Positions 36,732 through 49,310 of a stretch of DNA of 64,000 nucleotides are shown here, piece by piece. This stretch comes from Felis catus. Taxonomy: Eukaryota. Numbering within the stretch: position 1 is the stretch's first letter; the number at the start of each line of letters is the position of its first letter. The notes beneath the pieces were generated by a model. That model was not told the origin of the DNA and ran no database searches. It saw only the letters and a list, made by a program, of their open reading frames with translations. The stretch spans positions 20,710,001 through 20,774,000 of the forward strand of contig NC_058368.1 of NCBI RefSeq assembly GCF_018350175.1. Reading direction: 5' to 3'. Made by a program: the position numbers and the translations under genes.

Positions 36732-37242
36732 AGGATGAAAATAAGGATGAAAAAAATCTTGGTTAATTGATTGCTTTCTCCCTTTGATCAGTGTGTATCA
36801 CAGTGTTGAAAACAAACTTTGGATTGTTTTTAACTTTCCTTCGACACTGTTAATGATAAGCTTCCAAATCACAAAACTGAAAAGTTTATTTATCCCCTTA
36901 AATGTGTTAGCCCAAATTATGGTGAAAAATACATATTGATTGGACAGCATAAAATAAATGAATAAATTCCTAGAAACATAACTGTCTAAAACTGAATCAG
37001 GAAGAAAAAGAAAATTTGAACAGATGGATTACTACCAATGAAGTTGAATCAGTAATCAAAAAACTCCAAAAACAAAACTCTAGGGCCAGATGTCTTCACA
37101 AGTAAATTCTACCAAACATTTAAAGAATAATTAATACCTATCCTTCTCAAACTAGCACACAAAATAGAGGAGAAAGGAAAGCTTCCAAATTCATTTTACA
37201 AGGGCAACATTACCCCGATACAAAGAAGTGATAAAGACACTA

Positions 37243-37246
<4 letters not shown>

Positions 37247-37292
<46 letters not shown>
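37247..37292. repeat. (GA)23 microsatellite within L1 ORF2
   Basis: Direct reading. Confidence 0.95.
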
Positions 37293-37295
<3 letters not shown>

Positions 37296-38780
37296 TGTAG
37301 GCCAAGATCTCTGATGAACATAGATGCAAAAATCATCAACAAAATATTAGCAAACTATCTCCAGCAATACACTGAAGAAAGCCTTCCCCATGATCAAGTG
37401 GGATTTATTCCAGGAAAGTAAGGATAGAACCATATTCACAAATCCATCAACGTGACACATCACATCAACTAGAGAAAGAATAAAAACCATATGATCATTT
37501 TAATAGATACAGAAACAGCACTGGACAAAGTACAACATCCATTCATGATAAAGATTCTCGGCAAAGTAGGTTTAGAAATAACGTACCCCAACATAATAAA
37601 AGCCATATATGACAAACCCACAGCTAACATCATACTCAAGGGTCCCTCTAAGATCAGGACCAAGACAGGGATGTCCACTCTTACCACTTTCATTAAACAT
37701 AGTACTGGAAGTCCTAGCTACAGCAATCGGACAACAAAAAGAAATAAAAGGTACCCAAACTGGGAAAAGTATCCAAAAGGGAAAAGTAAAGCTTTTACTA
37801 TTTGCAGAAGGCATGAAAACCCAAAGACTCCACCAAAAAACTATTAGAACTGGTAAACAAATTCAGTAAATTTATAGGATACAAAATTAATATAAATTTA
37901 TTGCATTTCTATACAATAATAATGAAGTAACAGAGAAATTAAGAAAATGACCCCCCCCATTTAAAATTACACCAAAAAGAATAAAATACCCAGGAATAAA
38001 CTTAACCAAGCAGGTGAAAGACCTGTGTACTCCGTAAACTATAAAACGCTGATGAAAGAAATTGAAGGTGACATGAACAAATGGAAAGATATTCTATGTT
38101 CATGAATTGGAAGAACCGATATTGTTGAAATGTCCATACTGCCCAAAGCAATCTAGAGATTTAATGCAATCCCTATCAAAATACCAACAATATTTTTCAC
38201 AGAACTAAAAATGGTACTAAAATTTGTATGGAACCACAGAAGATCCCAAAGAGTTAAAGCAATTGAGAAAGAACAAAGCTAGAGGTATCACAATCCCAGA
38301 TTTCAAGATATTCTACAAAGCTGCAGCAATCAAAGCCCTATGGTACTGGCACAAAAACAGACACATAGATCAATGGAACAGGATAAAGAGCGCAGGAATA
38401 GGCCCACGCTTGTATAGCCAATTAATCTACGACAAAGGAGGAAAGAATATACAAGGGGGAAAAGACAGTCTCTTCAACAAATAGTACTGGGAAAACTGGG
38501 CAGCTACATGAAAGAGAATGAAACTGGATTACTTTCGTATACCATGTACAAAAATAAATTCAAAATAAATTTAAAGCCTAAATGTGAGACCTAAAATGAT
38601 AAACCTCCTAGAAGGAAATACAGGCAGTAATTTCTTGGACATTGACCTTAGAAACATTTTTCTAGGTATGTCCCCTCAGGCAAGGGAAACAAAAGCAAAA
38701 TTCAACTGTTGGGACTACATTTAAAAAAAAACAAAACGCTTTTGCACAGTGAAGGAAACCACCAAAAAACCAAAAACACT

Positions 38781-39053
38781 GGGGCGCCTGGGTGGCTCAG
38801 TGGGTTAAGCATTCAACTTTGGCTCAGGTCATGATCTCACGGTTTGTGGATTCGAGCCCTGCATCAAGATCTGTGCTGACAGCTCAGAACTTGGAGCCTT
38901 CTTTAGATTCTGTGTCTCCTTCTCTCTTTGCACCTCCCTTGCTCACTCTGCCTCTCTCTCTCTCTCTCTCTCTGTCTCTTTCAAAAATAAATAAACATTA
39001 AAAATATTAAAAAATATTTTTAAATGAATAAACGTTAAAAAAAAATTTTTTTT
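38781..39053 (+). mobile_element. CAN-SINE nested in L1
   Basis: ggggcgcctgggtggctcag head; compound AT-rich tail; degenerate TSD aaaa(a/g)ccaaaaa. Confidence 0.95.
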
Positions 39054-39854
39054 AAAAGCCAAAAAGGCAACCAACCTCCTGAATAGAAGATATATGAAAA
39101 TGATATATCTGATAAAGGGTTAATATCCAAAATATTTAGAAGACTTTTACAAGTCAACACCAAAAAAAAAAAAAAAAAAGGAAGAAGAAGAAAACCAAAA
39201 CCAAACCAAAACAAACAAAATCCTATTCAAAAATGGGCAGAGGATCTGAATAGATATTCTTCCAGAGAAGACATACAAATGGTCAACAGACACATGAAAA
39301 GATGCTCAACATCACTCATCATCAGGGAAATGCACATCAAAACCACAATGAGATGTCACCTTACACCTGTCAGAATGGCTAAAATCAAAAACACAAGGAA
39401 GAACAAGAGTTGGCAAGGATGTAGATAAAGGGGAGTCCTCATGAACTATTGGTGGGAATGTAAATTTGTGCAGTCACTGTGGAAAACATTATGGAGGTTG
39501 CTCAAAAATAAAAATAGAATTACCATACAACCCAGTAATTTCACTACTGGGTATTTGCCCAAAGAAAATGAAAACACTAATTTGAAAAGATATATGCACC
39601 CCTATATTTATCGCAGCATTATTTACAATAGCCAAGATATGAACACAACTGTCTATCCATAGATGAATGACTAAAGATGTTATACGTATATATGGGGGAA
39701 TATTACTCAGCCATAAAAAAGAATGAGATCTTGCCATTTGCAACAACAATGATAGATCTAGAGGATATAATGTTGAGTGAAATAAGCCAGTCAGAGAAAG
39801 ACAAATATCATATGATTTCCCTCATATGTAGAATTTAAGAAACAAAACAAATGA

Positions 39855-40079
39855 GGGGTGCCTGGGTGGCGCAGTCGGTTAAGCGTCCGACTTCAGCCAG
39901 GTCACGATCTCGCGGTCTGTGAGTTTGAGCCCCGCGTCGGGCTCTGGGCTGATGGCTCAGAGCCTGGAGCCTGTTTCCGATTCTGTGTCTCCCTCTCTCT
40001 CTGCCCCTCCCCCGTTCATGCTCTGTCTCTCTCTGTCCCAAAAATAAATAAACGTTGAAAAAAAAAATTAAAAAAAAAA
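39855..40079 (+). mobile_element. Young CAN-SINE (SINEC_Fc-like) nested in the L1 3' region
   Basis: CpG-rich body; perfect 18-bp TSD aagaaacaaaacaaatga at 39837-39854 and 40080-40097. Confidence 0.98.
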
Positions 40080-41660
40080 AAGAAACAAAACAAATGAATG
40101 AACAAAGAAAAAAAAAGAGACAACCAAAAAAATACTCTTAAATACAGAGAAGAAACTAAAGGTTGCCAGAAGGGGGGTGAGTAGGGGGCTGGGTGAAATA
40201 GATAAAGGGAATTAAGAGTATACTTATATTAATGAGCATATAGTAATGCATAGAAGTTTTAAATCATTATATTTTACATCTGAAACTAATATAACACTGT
40301 ATGTCAATATACTTCAATAGAAAAAAGAAAAAAAGGTCCTTCTTGGTAATGAGCAAAGACTTTACTTAGGAACAAAGTCAGCTATAATTTATTTCATCAA
40401 CTTATCATATTTTAGGTGCCAGGTCTAGAATTGTTTTTAAAGACATGGTTGAGTTGCTACTTGTAGGTGTGAATCACTGTCTGGGCCAGAGTGCTTCTCT
40501 TTTTTCCGGGTGCCCCTTCCCAACAAGTGGCCAGTTCTGGAAGTTGCCCAAGGAGTGCCTGCACTTTTGCTGACAGTGTGGTGCTTATTTTCAGAGCTGA
40601 AGATATGCCTGCAAAAGGCATAAAAATTCCTGTTTTATAATCACATCTAGAAAGGGAAATATGTCCATGTTCTACCTCCCAGCTCCCCAGCGGGGAAGAT
40701 GGAGGTTTAGGAGAAAATAGAAGTTTCTTGCAAAACAGGAATGTCAAGTTGCATGGCAGAAGGAACAGACCTGGTCTGAAGGCGTGAGCTCTTAAACTTA
40801 GAAAGTACAGTTCTGTGGATGCTTGGCAAGGGGGGAGATTCCAAAGTGCCGTGTAGCCAAAACAAAAGGGAACTGTGATCATTTTGGATGTCTGTCAATA
40901 AATCCAGAATGGTGGGTCAGGGGAGAAGTCAAGAAGAGTGGTGACCAATGAAGATTAATTGAATTTGAAGTTCCTATGAGTAAAGAACAGCTCGTTTGTA
41001 TCTGAGTGCTGGGGTAGAAGCCCAACTAACACCTTCTCCCCCATTTTTTTTGTTGCTAATTCCTTTTAAGAAAAGCTTTTAGAAGAACCAGCCCAAAGAA
41101 ATGAAAGAGACTTCCACAGCCTCATGAAGGAGATACAGTCAGCATCTCTCAATAGCTCCTTCCCCCTTACTCTTTTCTCTTCTTTCTACTGTTACTTCTC
41201 TCTGTCTGTCTCTGTCTCTCTCTCTCTCCCCTCCATTTGTCCTTCAAAACACTTGCTAGCCTCTTGTACCAGCCTCTTCTGCTTTATAATAGGGAAGCAA
41301 ACAACCCCTCCGAAAGGTGGAGGTGGAGACCCGAGGAAGCACTGTCACAAGAGGCCGCTCTGCATCTCTTGTGAGTCTTTCCATCCTTAGCAGCACTAAA
41401 ACTGTCTTTCTACTATTTTTTAATTGTGAGGCTCATTATTTCTAGACGTGGCCCTTTCCAAATCTGTTTTCCTCTCTGATAGAGAGGCTCCATCAACAAG
41501 GAAAAGAACATTGACGTTTTCCAACAATATAACTTACTAATGACCCAGGGTGGCTTTTAAATATAGAAGTACTTTGGGGGCCCTATTGTGTGAGAGGAGC
41601 AGCCAGGAAAGGTGCCCTGCCAGCTGTGAAACCTGTGATTGGTTTCTAGAAAACCTATAC

Positions 41661-41748
<88 letters not shown>
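41661..41748. repeat. (GAAA)n tetranucleotide microsatellite, about 22 units
   Basis: Direct reading. Confidence 0.97.
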
Positions 41749-42949
41749 GAAAAGTTAAAGGACACCATGTAAGAAGTAAAAGAAATAAATTGAACACATA
41801 TGTATAATCATTATTCATATGAGCATTCTCTGTATTACTTCATAACACAGCTGTATACACAAAGAAAGGTCCCCTTTGCTTCTTCCTTTTGGAGTCTTAT
41901 TAATTTCTGTTTAATGAAACACAAATGTGTGTGTGCTTCATTTTGAGGAGCATGCTCTAGTTGGGTGTTTGTTAGGCGCTGGCCAGAGTGGCCGTGTCCA
42001 TCTAATACAAGTGTCTGTAGGCCTTTCAAAGCCCCTTGACAGGGCATCTTTTGAGCATGCTAGTTGCCATGGTCCCCGGTGTGCTGATTTGCAAGGAAAA
42101 TTGGAAGCCATGCTCATTACGTCAAAAACTACATCGGGGGATAAAGAGAACATGTTTGTTTCGAGAGCTGGCAATTGGGGTTTGTTAGCCTCCCCACCCA
42201 CACACTTCCATCAAACAATGTCTCATTCAACTACATAAGTCAAAGTTTACAACTCCCATCTTTCCAGCTGGAATAGGCTTGGGGAGTGTGAATGGAATAG
42301 CATCACTCACAGAATCACAGCACAGGCTCACGTGCTGACCTGTCGTAGTGACTTGCAAACACAGTAGAGGGGGCACGGATGGGTGGAGGACTGGGAGCAT
42401 TGACCACCTGTGTTCTGAGACCATCTGGCACCAACCAGATGTCTGACCCAGGCTTGCGACATTTTGGGTTTTCTTCATCTGTAAAATGAAGTGGGTAGAA
42501 GATAGCATCTGTAGGGTCCCTCTCATCTCCCAACGTCTGTGATTCGAAAACACAGTCTATGCTGAGACACTCATGGTGTATGCTCAGGCACACACATAGA
42601 GCTTTACTTGCTTCGTTTTGTTTTGTTTTTTCCTTAATGCTTACTGGTTTGAGAGCATAAATGGAATGCCTCATATTTTTGTATGAAGTGTGTATACAAA
42701 ACCAACCCCCTGTTCCAATACAGTTGTCCAACCTACAAACAAAAGAGCTACAGTAGCTTAAGAACTAACCTCAGAAAGCATCGATTTTAATCACTTATGA
42801 TTACTTTCCTTAGTAATTATTATAATCTTCTTTGAATAATCAAAATGCTACCTGTAGTGACTTCTGATTCTTACCATCATTTCCTTTTGGTTATGTTACA
42901 TGAAAATTTATGCGTCAAGTATTCTAAAGTTTAGATTCTACAAGTACCT

Positions 42950-43056
42950 ACTTATATAAATTATAATTACATAAATTATTTTATTATTTATATATTATAT
43001 TTATATAAATTATTTTATATATTTTACAATTATATATATGCATATATATGTGTGTA

Positions 43057-43095
<39 letters not shown>
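42950..43095. repeat. AT-rich low-complexity and (TA)n/(TG)n tract
   Basis: Direct reading. Confidence 0.85.
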
Positions 43096-43097
<2 letters not shown>

Positions 43098-43287
43098 TTT
43101 TTTTTAACGTTTTTATTTATTTTTGGGACAGAGAGAGACAGAGCACGAACGGGGGAGGGGCAGAGAGAGAGGGAGACACAGAATCGGAAACAGGCTCCAG
43201 GCTCCGAGCCATCAGCCCAGAGCCTGACGCGGGGCTCGAACCTGGCTGAAGTCGGACGCTTAACCGACTGCGCCACCCAGGCGCCAC
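43098..43287 (-). mobile_element. Young CAN-SINE with a 22-nt internal deletion, flanked by (TA)n
   Basis: Same subfamily as the copy at 39855 (tggcgcagtcgg...cttcagccagg) but lacks the segment before the B box; (TA)n-aat on both flanks acts as the TSD. Confidence 0.96.
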
Positions 43288-44419
43288 TATATATATATAT
43301 ATATATAAATAATCAGGAAAGGTGAGCCTAGATAATTCTCCCAAAGTCTCATGGCAAAGTGGCAAAGCTTAGGTTTGAGTATCAATCCTGTTGATGTTAA
43401 AACTCGTTCTTTTCCTATCTACTGGGCCACTTCTTTTCTTCTTCCTGCCGGTTTTCACTTAAAAGACTCTGGAACTCAGGGTGAGAACAGAAAAGTTTAC
43501 TATAAAGGAATACATCCAATGAAAATGTGCTAGAGCCTAGTAAGATTTTTCCAGAAAAGGTAAAATCACACTAATTAAAGAGGTATATGTATGTATGTAT
43601 GTGTGTAATACTAAAAAGTGGCTAATATCCAGGGAGACAAAGGCATGCCAAAAGGTTAATAATTTTTGTTTCCATTTTATTAAGCTAATTATTCAAATAA
43701 AACTACTAAATGTTGAAAGCCTGCATATTGTATCAGGAAACTAAATTTATCCACTGACAACTATGATGAAGGAATAAAAGCACTTTAGAGCTGAGTTGGA
43801 GTAAAAAAAAATCAAGACTCAGTGAGGCCAACAAAGTCACACTGCGTCAACTGAACTGCATGATTATTATTTTTAGCATTTGGGGATTTAATTTTCTTTC
43901 ACTGTAGGATTACTTAAGCATCAAATGAGTTTGTGGATATGAAATTGGGTTGTAAAATGAAATGCTTAACCAATGTTAATTGCTATTAAACAAATATTGA
44001 TTTGCTTGTTTTAACAAATGCTTATATAGTCGCCTTTGCCAGGTCCTATTTTAAGAGCTTGATTCTCCTAAGGACACTGAGATATTTACTACTATTATCT
44101 ACATTGTATAAATAAGGGAACAGAAGCCCACAGATCAGCAATAACTTGAAAGAGCGTAGCCCTCTATGCCCTTGGTATTTAGTGTTACAGATCCTTAATA
44201 TATATTATAGTTGACTTCATCCTGATTTCCAAAATATTTAATAAATTGTTTCTGTTTTATTCCCTCTGAAAAATCTGCCTTGTTGAAACTGTGATTAAAG
44301 TTTTTATTTCCTTTCTCTTCTAATTCCTTTCAATTCCATATACTCTGTTTCCTGTGAATCAGACTGAAGAAAATAGGAAATCTATTGCTGTTGAGAGCAA
44401 CAACAAGTTGTTGATAAAT

Positions 44420-45215
44420 ATCCACCCCTGAGAATCACTATTCTACTTTCTATCTCTGTAAATTTAAATACTCTAAATACCTCATTTGAATGAAATCATA
44501 TAGTATTCGTCTTTTTGGCTTATTTCACTTAGCATAACATCCTCAAGGTTCATCCATGTCATAGTATGTGTCAAAAGTTCCTTCCTTTTATGGCTGAATG
44601 ATATTCCACTGTATATATAGAACAGATTTTATCTATCCATTCATCTGTTGATGGACACTTGAATTGTTTCCACCTTTTGGCTATTGTGAATAATGTTGCA
44701 AAAAACTTGAGTGTACCAATATTTGTTTGAGTCTCTGCTTTCAATTCTTTGGGGTGTATACCCATAAGTGGAATTGCTAGATCATATGGTAATTCTATTT
44801 TCACCTTTTTTGAGACACCTATATACTGTTTTTCAGAGGAGCTGTGCTACTCTACATTCCCACCAACAATGCATAAGAATTCAAATTTCTCCACACTCTC
44901 ACCAACACTTGTTAGTTTCTACTCTTGGATATTAGCGATCCAATTAGAGATGAAGAAGTTTTCTCATTATGGTTTTGATTTGCATTTTCCCAATCATTAG
45001 TGATGCTGAGTATCTTTTCATGCACTTATGAGCCATTTACATATCTTCTCTGGAGAAATGTCTATTTAAATCCTTTGTCCATTTTCTAATCAGTTTGTTT
45101 GCTGTTGTTGGTCTTGAATTGTAAGAGCTCTTTATATATTCTGGATATTAATCCCTTAGCAGCTGTAGGATTTTTACATACTTTCTCCCATGCCATGGAT
45201 TGCCTTTTTATTCTG
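44420..45215 (-). mobile_element. L1 3' region (L1MB-like)
   Basis: ORF2 C-terminal peptide KIELPYDLAIPLMGIHPKELK...KCPSTDEWIDK. Confidence 0.9.
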
Positions 45216-45391
45216 TTTGTATTTGTCTTTAAACTGGATTTTTATTTTCACAGTGTTGTGTTTAAAACAGTTTCCTTCCTTGCTTGAGGCTTTTTACTCA
45301 TGGAAGTATGTTTATTGAGCCTATTCCCTAGATGTAATGCACAATTTGTGAAACTGTTAATAGAACTTTGTGAGCTAGACTTTAACCACCA

Positions 45392-45913
45392 TACACAGCC
45401 GGAGTCCATTCAGGAGACAGAAACCGTACCAATGATTATAACAGAATGAATCTAATATGAAGAATTGTTACATGGGGGATGGAAAACTGAAAAGGTGAAA
45501 GGAGGGAAATTGAGACCACACTGCAATAGTAACTACAGGAAGGAGCTACTATCCCTATGGCAAGTGGAAGGAGGGGCTTGTGAGGTTGACTCAAACGTCT
45601 GCTAATATCTTGGAGGGGCATTGATGAAGTTGGATCTAGGAGTGTGGGAACATGGCAGATGAATTGCTGTCACGTGGGTGAATAAGCCTTATGGTGGCGA
45701 TGCTGATATGACATGAAGCAAACAGGAAAAAAAGCATACATCCCTTCTCCTTCCTGTAGCCTTCCAGTCTCCCTCTAGCACACCCATTGTCAGAGCCTAA
45801 TAGGAAGCAACTGTTAGAGACAGGTGGTTTCCCGAGTGTCTCTCCTAGGATCACTAACAGAACACAGAAGGGTGGATTTACAGCTCAAAGAAAATGGCTT
45901 AATAACATGTTAC
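45392..45913 (-). mobile_element. ERVL solo LTR, LTR41/LTR40-like
   Basis: gtccattcaggagacagaaacc and ccttccagtctccctctagcacacccattgtcagagcctaatagg...agaagggtggatttacagctc. Confidence 0.7.
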
Positions 45914-46234
45914 AGCTACCAAAACCTCTTCAACTCCTGTTGTTAGAAGTGAGAAAGTTTTGCTCATGTTTGTAAGCCCAAACTAGCGCAATGCCAGGAA
46001 TATAATAAGTATTGAAAAGCATTTGCTGAATGAAAAATGTATGAATCTAGAAAACAGATTTCTAGAAAGGAAATACAATGCTCAATTTACTGCTTTGTTC
46101 TTCACTCACCTAGGACTTTAATCATATTTTAATTTCTAGTTGCTCTCAGTGAAAATTTCTTGCTTATAACCTCATTTATTACAGTGGTTTCCATTTGCTG
46201 GGCAATTTTGTTGTGTTAAAGGTTCAATATACTT

Positions 46235-46400
46235 TTAATTCCTTTCAGAAATCCTGCAAGTTAAGGTATCCTTATTCCCATTGTACCAATGAGAAAACTG
46301 AGGCTCAGGGGTTAAACAATATGTTCAAGATCATCCAGCTAGTAGATACTAGAAACAGGATGTAAAACTTAGGTCTGTTTGTTTCCAGAAACTGCACTCT
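46235..46400 (-). mobile_element. MIR
   Basis: attcccattgtaccaatgagaaaactgaggctcaggggttaa...ttcaagatcatccagctagtag. Confidence 0.8.
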
Positions 46401-46451
46401 TAGTGACTAACTTCACATGCTCAGTCTTTCACATGGCATTGACTATCATTT

Positions 46452-46645
46452 AAAAAACTTTTTTTTAAATTTTATTTGAGAGAGAGAGTGGGGGAGAGAG
46501 GCAGAGGGAGAGAGAAAGAGAATCTTAAGCAGCTTCACAATCAGCATGGAGCCCAAAGCAGGCCTCAATCCCATGACCCTGGGATCAAGACCTGAGCTGA
46601 AATCAAGAGTCCGACACTCAAATGTCTGAGCCACCCACGCACCCC
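46452..46645 (-). mobile_element. Older, carnivore-wide type CAN-SINE
   Basis: agaatcttaagcag...gaccctgggatcaagacctgagctgaaatcaagagtc; TSD ttgacta(t/c)cattt at 46439-46451 and 46646-46658. Confidence 0.93.
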
Positions 46646-46903
46646 TTGACTACCATTTTTAGACACTCATTGGACGATACTTTAGCTTTCTTTTCTGTCT
46701 TAGATGTCCTCTCAGCAAACTTGACACTATGAAAAGATGACTGAACAAGTCATTCTGCAGTCCTGTATATAGAACCTTTCTGCCACCTTTTACAAAATAA
46801 CTCTAATACAGAGGGGTCAATCCTAGACTACCTTGAACTTCCAAACACAGGTTTACCAGTGCTCAAGTCCTTTCTCACTCCACAAGAAGGTTTCATAGTC
46901 GTG

Positions 46904-47099
46904 CTGATGGTTGGCAAACTTCAGTCTGTGGATTGCCTGTAAATGATATTTTATCAAGACACAGCTTGTTCATTCTTTTATCTATTGTCTATGGCTGTTT
47001 TCACACAACGGCAGGGTTGACTAGTTGCAACAGAGACTATGGCCCACAAAGCCCAACATAGCTCCATCTGGCTCTTCCCAGAGAATTTACTGGCCCCTG
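46904..47099. mobile_element. MER58A-like hAT-Charlie MITE
   Basis: ggttggcaaact...tattgtctatggctgttttcac...tagttgcaacagagactatggcccacaaagcc. Confidence 0.85.
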
Positions 47100-48309
47100 G
47101 TCTATACAGACCAATGACCCAGTTGATCTCCCATCCACCTCATCAGTACTTGGAACTGCTTCATCTCAGTGCCTTGGGATTGGGAGTTTTTCTTCGGTCA
47201 TCACCCACATAAAGAAAGCAGGGCTACAAACCACACTAGACTTTGAATCCTGAGTGTGGCTTCCTGTGTTAGCCTTAAAATAGTGTTTCCCTCTCCAAGA
47301 AATACGCACTCCTAGGGCAAGTGGAAAGTGTTGCCTGATCGTTAAAGCATCTGGGATAATTATTTAAGTCATTTTAGGGTTTTTTTTTTTAACTTTAAAA
47401 AAGAAAAAAAAAGGAGCAAGGGCCAAAGTCTTCAGTTTCAAAGAGAATCATTCACACAGGAGAACAATAAACTTTCCACCAAATGCTTTTACACACACAC
47501 ACAAAAAGGCAAATCATTTTTAATCTTGCTCTTTTATGAGTTCATTGATTGCATTTCTTTTTTTTTCCCAGATGATCTAAAAACACAAATATGTCTGCGT
47601 TCCTGTTCTAAAACCTTAAAAGTCCCTATACCTTAACTTCCCTGCCAGTTCTACAAAGGGATAGCATTATTTTACCAATGTAGAAAAATAAAGCTTCTGA
47701 AAAAAATAAGTAAGCTTAAGTATATTAAGTACATTTCTTTGAACTTCGTAGGGCAAAGTAAATACTGCTTAAATTTACTTAACTAAGTGGATGTACTCAT
47801 GAAATTGTGTGGAAAGTAAACATCTATATGTGAGATCATGATTTCCAATATTGGAGAGAAAAATTTTGGCTCCAATATATAATGAAATCACAGTAATGCA
47901 CCAAAGACCATGCTATGTTTGACAATTCACATGTACTGTGCATTTGGCTCTCCCATGAAAACATTTGAAGAAAACGTCACAAAATGGACAAAGGACAATG
48001 AATTACTGTGGTTTTTTTGGATGCTTGCTTGTTTCATACATAATTTGAATATCTGATTCATGCCCATTTCACTGAATTCTCATGGTCTCTAGTGAGATAA
48101 TGCTATTTATTTTATGGTATTAATTGGGAAAGCACTGTTCAAAATATAAAATCATTAAAAATATGAGTCAAGAACAGTTTTGGGGAATTCTTAAAAGTAT
48201 GGGATATAATCTTTGCTGTCAGGCAGTTTATAATCTTGCTGAGAAATCGCAATAAAACAGGAAAAGTGAATGTTGATGTAGCCAGATTTGCTGGGGCTTT
48301 GCTTTGAAA

Positions 48310-48507
48310 TAGTTGTCCTCAAATTCATTTGTGCATGGGAATTCCCCTGGTAGGATAGGGGAACTTGATGATTGCCCATTTCTTGGACCCACCCCAAAAG
48401 ATCCTGATTTAGGTCAGGGGTAGAGCTCAATTATCTGCATATTTACTAAACACCCATGGCTTTCTTATTCAGGTGGTTAATAAGCCGTGTCTTCAGGAAA
48501 GATGCTC
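48310..48507. mobile_element. MER5-like MITE
   Basis: ggacccaccccaaaagatcctgatttaggtcaggggtagagctc...atctgcatatttta. Confidence 0.65.
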
Positions 48508-49029
48508 CAATGTTTTCAAGAACAAATGTAGGTGGAAGTAAAACTGGCAATTGAAAAGGAAGACTTGTCATCCTCTTTAGGAGATAATTTACAGGGACTG
48601 AGAAGACCCCTTTCCTTGCTTCTTCTCCCAAGTAACTTTCTAACACTTCCAAATTAAAAAACAAAATAATTTTACAACTGGAAATGCATTCCTTTGGCTT
48701 GGAATATCGTACCTAATAAAGTACAAGTAGTTTAATGGAGAAGATCACTTTGACTGTCGCCTTTATCTATCCCTCAGTTTGGCTGACTTTATTAGGTCTT
48801 TCCTTGGAGAGATTTTGATGAGAGAGCAGGTTGTGGAGGAGACACTACTCTCCAGAATGCAGAGAAGGGAGGGGCCTAGTGGACAAGGCTATTCTAAATG
48901 TTTCCACCACTTCAGGAAGAATTAAAGATATGGGGAGGAAAATGGAAGGGAAAGATGTGGTATATATAGGGCTCTCCCTTTATAAGCAGGTTAGGTCCAA
49001 AGAAGTTGGGGGTGTCCTCACAAGATCAA

Positions 49030-49310
49030 AGTAACGCTGTAGGGTTCTCAATGAAATTGATGCATTTTTGCTCTTCATTTGTATCTATGAAAGTTATTAG
49101 GTTGAAAATTTGGATGTGCGTGCATCTGTACTTGGGACTATTCCTTTGTGTAGGCATACTTTTGAATTATAGATTTCAGACATGGACTATAAGAAGACTT
49201 AAAGATCTAATTCCATGGCAGTGCATAGATTTCAACTCATATGCAATATCTAATTGATTGGTAGTGACTGCCTGGTATATTCCGTTGCAAAGGATTCTAT
49301 GAGTGATTAG
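49030..49310. mobile_element. Possible hAT-Charlie relic (MER113-like)
   Basis: ggcagtgcatagatttcaactc...taattgattggtagtgactgcctgg recalled as MER113-like; weak match. Confidence 0.4.

Larger units (their letters stand above)
36939..40335 (+). mobile_element. Carnivore L1 (L1_Carn-like), 3' part of ORF2 (RT and C-terminus) plus 3' UTR; dead; contains two SINEs
   Basis: Peptides [44 protein letters not shown]; the RT FADD motif has decayed to FAEG; many frameshifts; 3' end ctgaaactaatataacactgtatgtcaa plus A tail. Confidence 0.95.

Noticed and set aside
36939..40335. Functional reverse transcriptase
   Set aside because: 5'-truncated, frameshifted, FADD decayed to FAEG, interrupted by (GA)23 and two SINEs
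40457..40882. 141-aa minus-strand ORF in unique sequence
   Set aside because: No recognisable protein family and no convincing splice donor; treated as a chance frame
41537..41818. KKER/FFLS-repeat ORFs (also the RE/RG and VC/TH repeat ORFs at 19454 and 63058-63499)
   Set aside because: Translations of microsatellites
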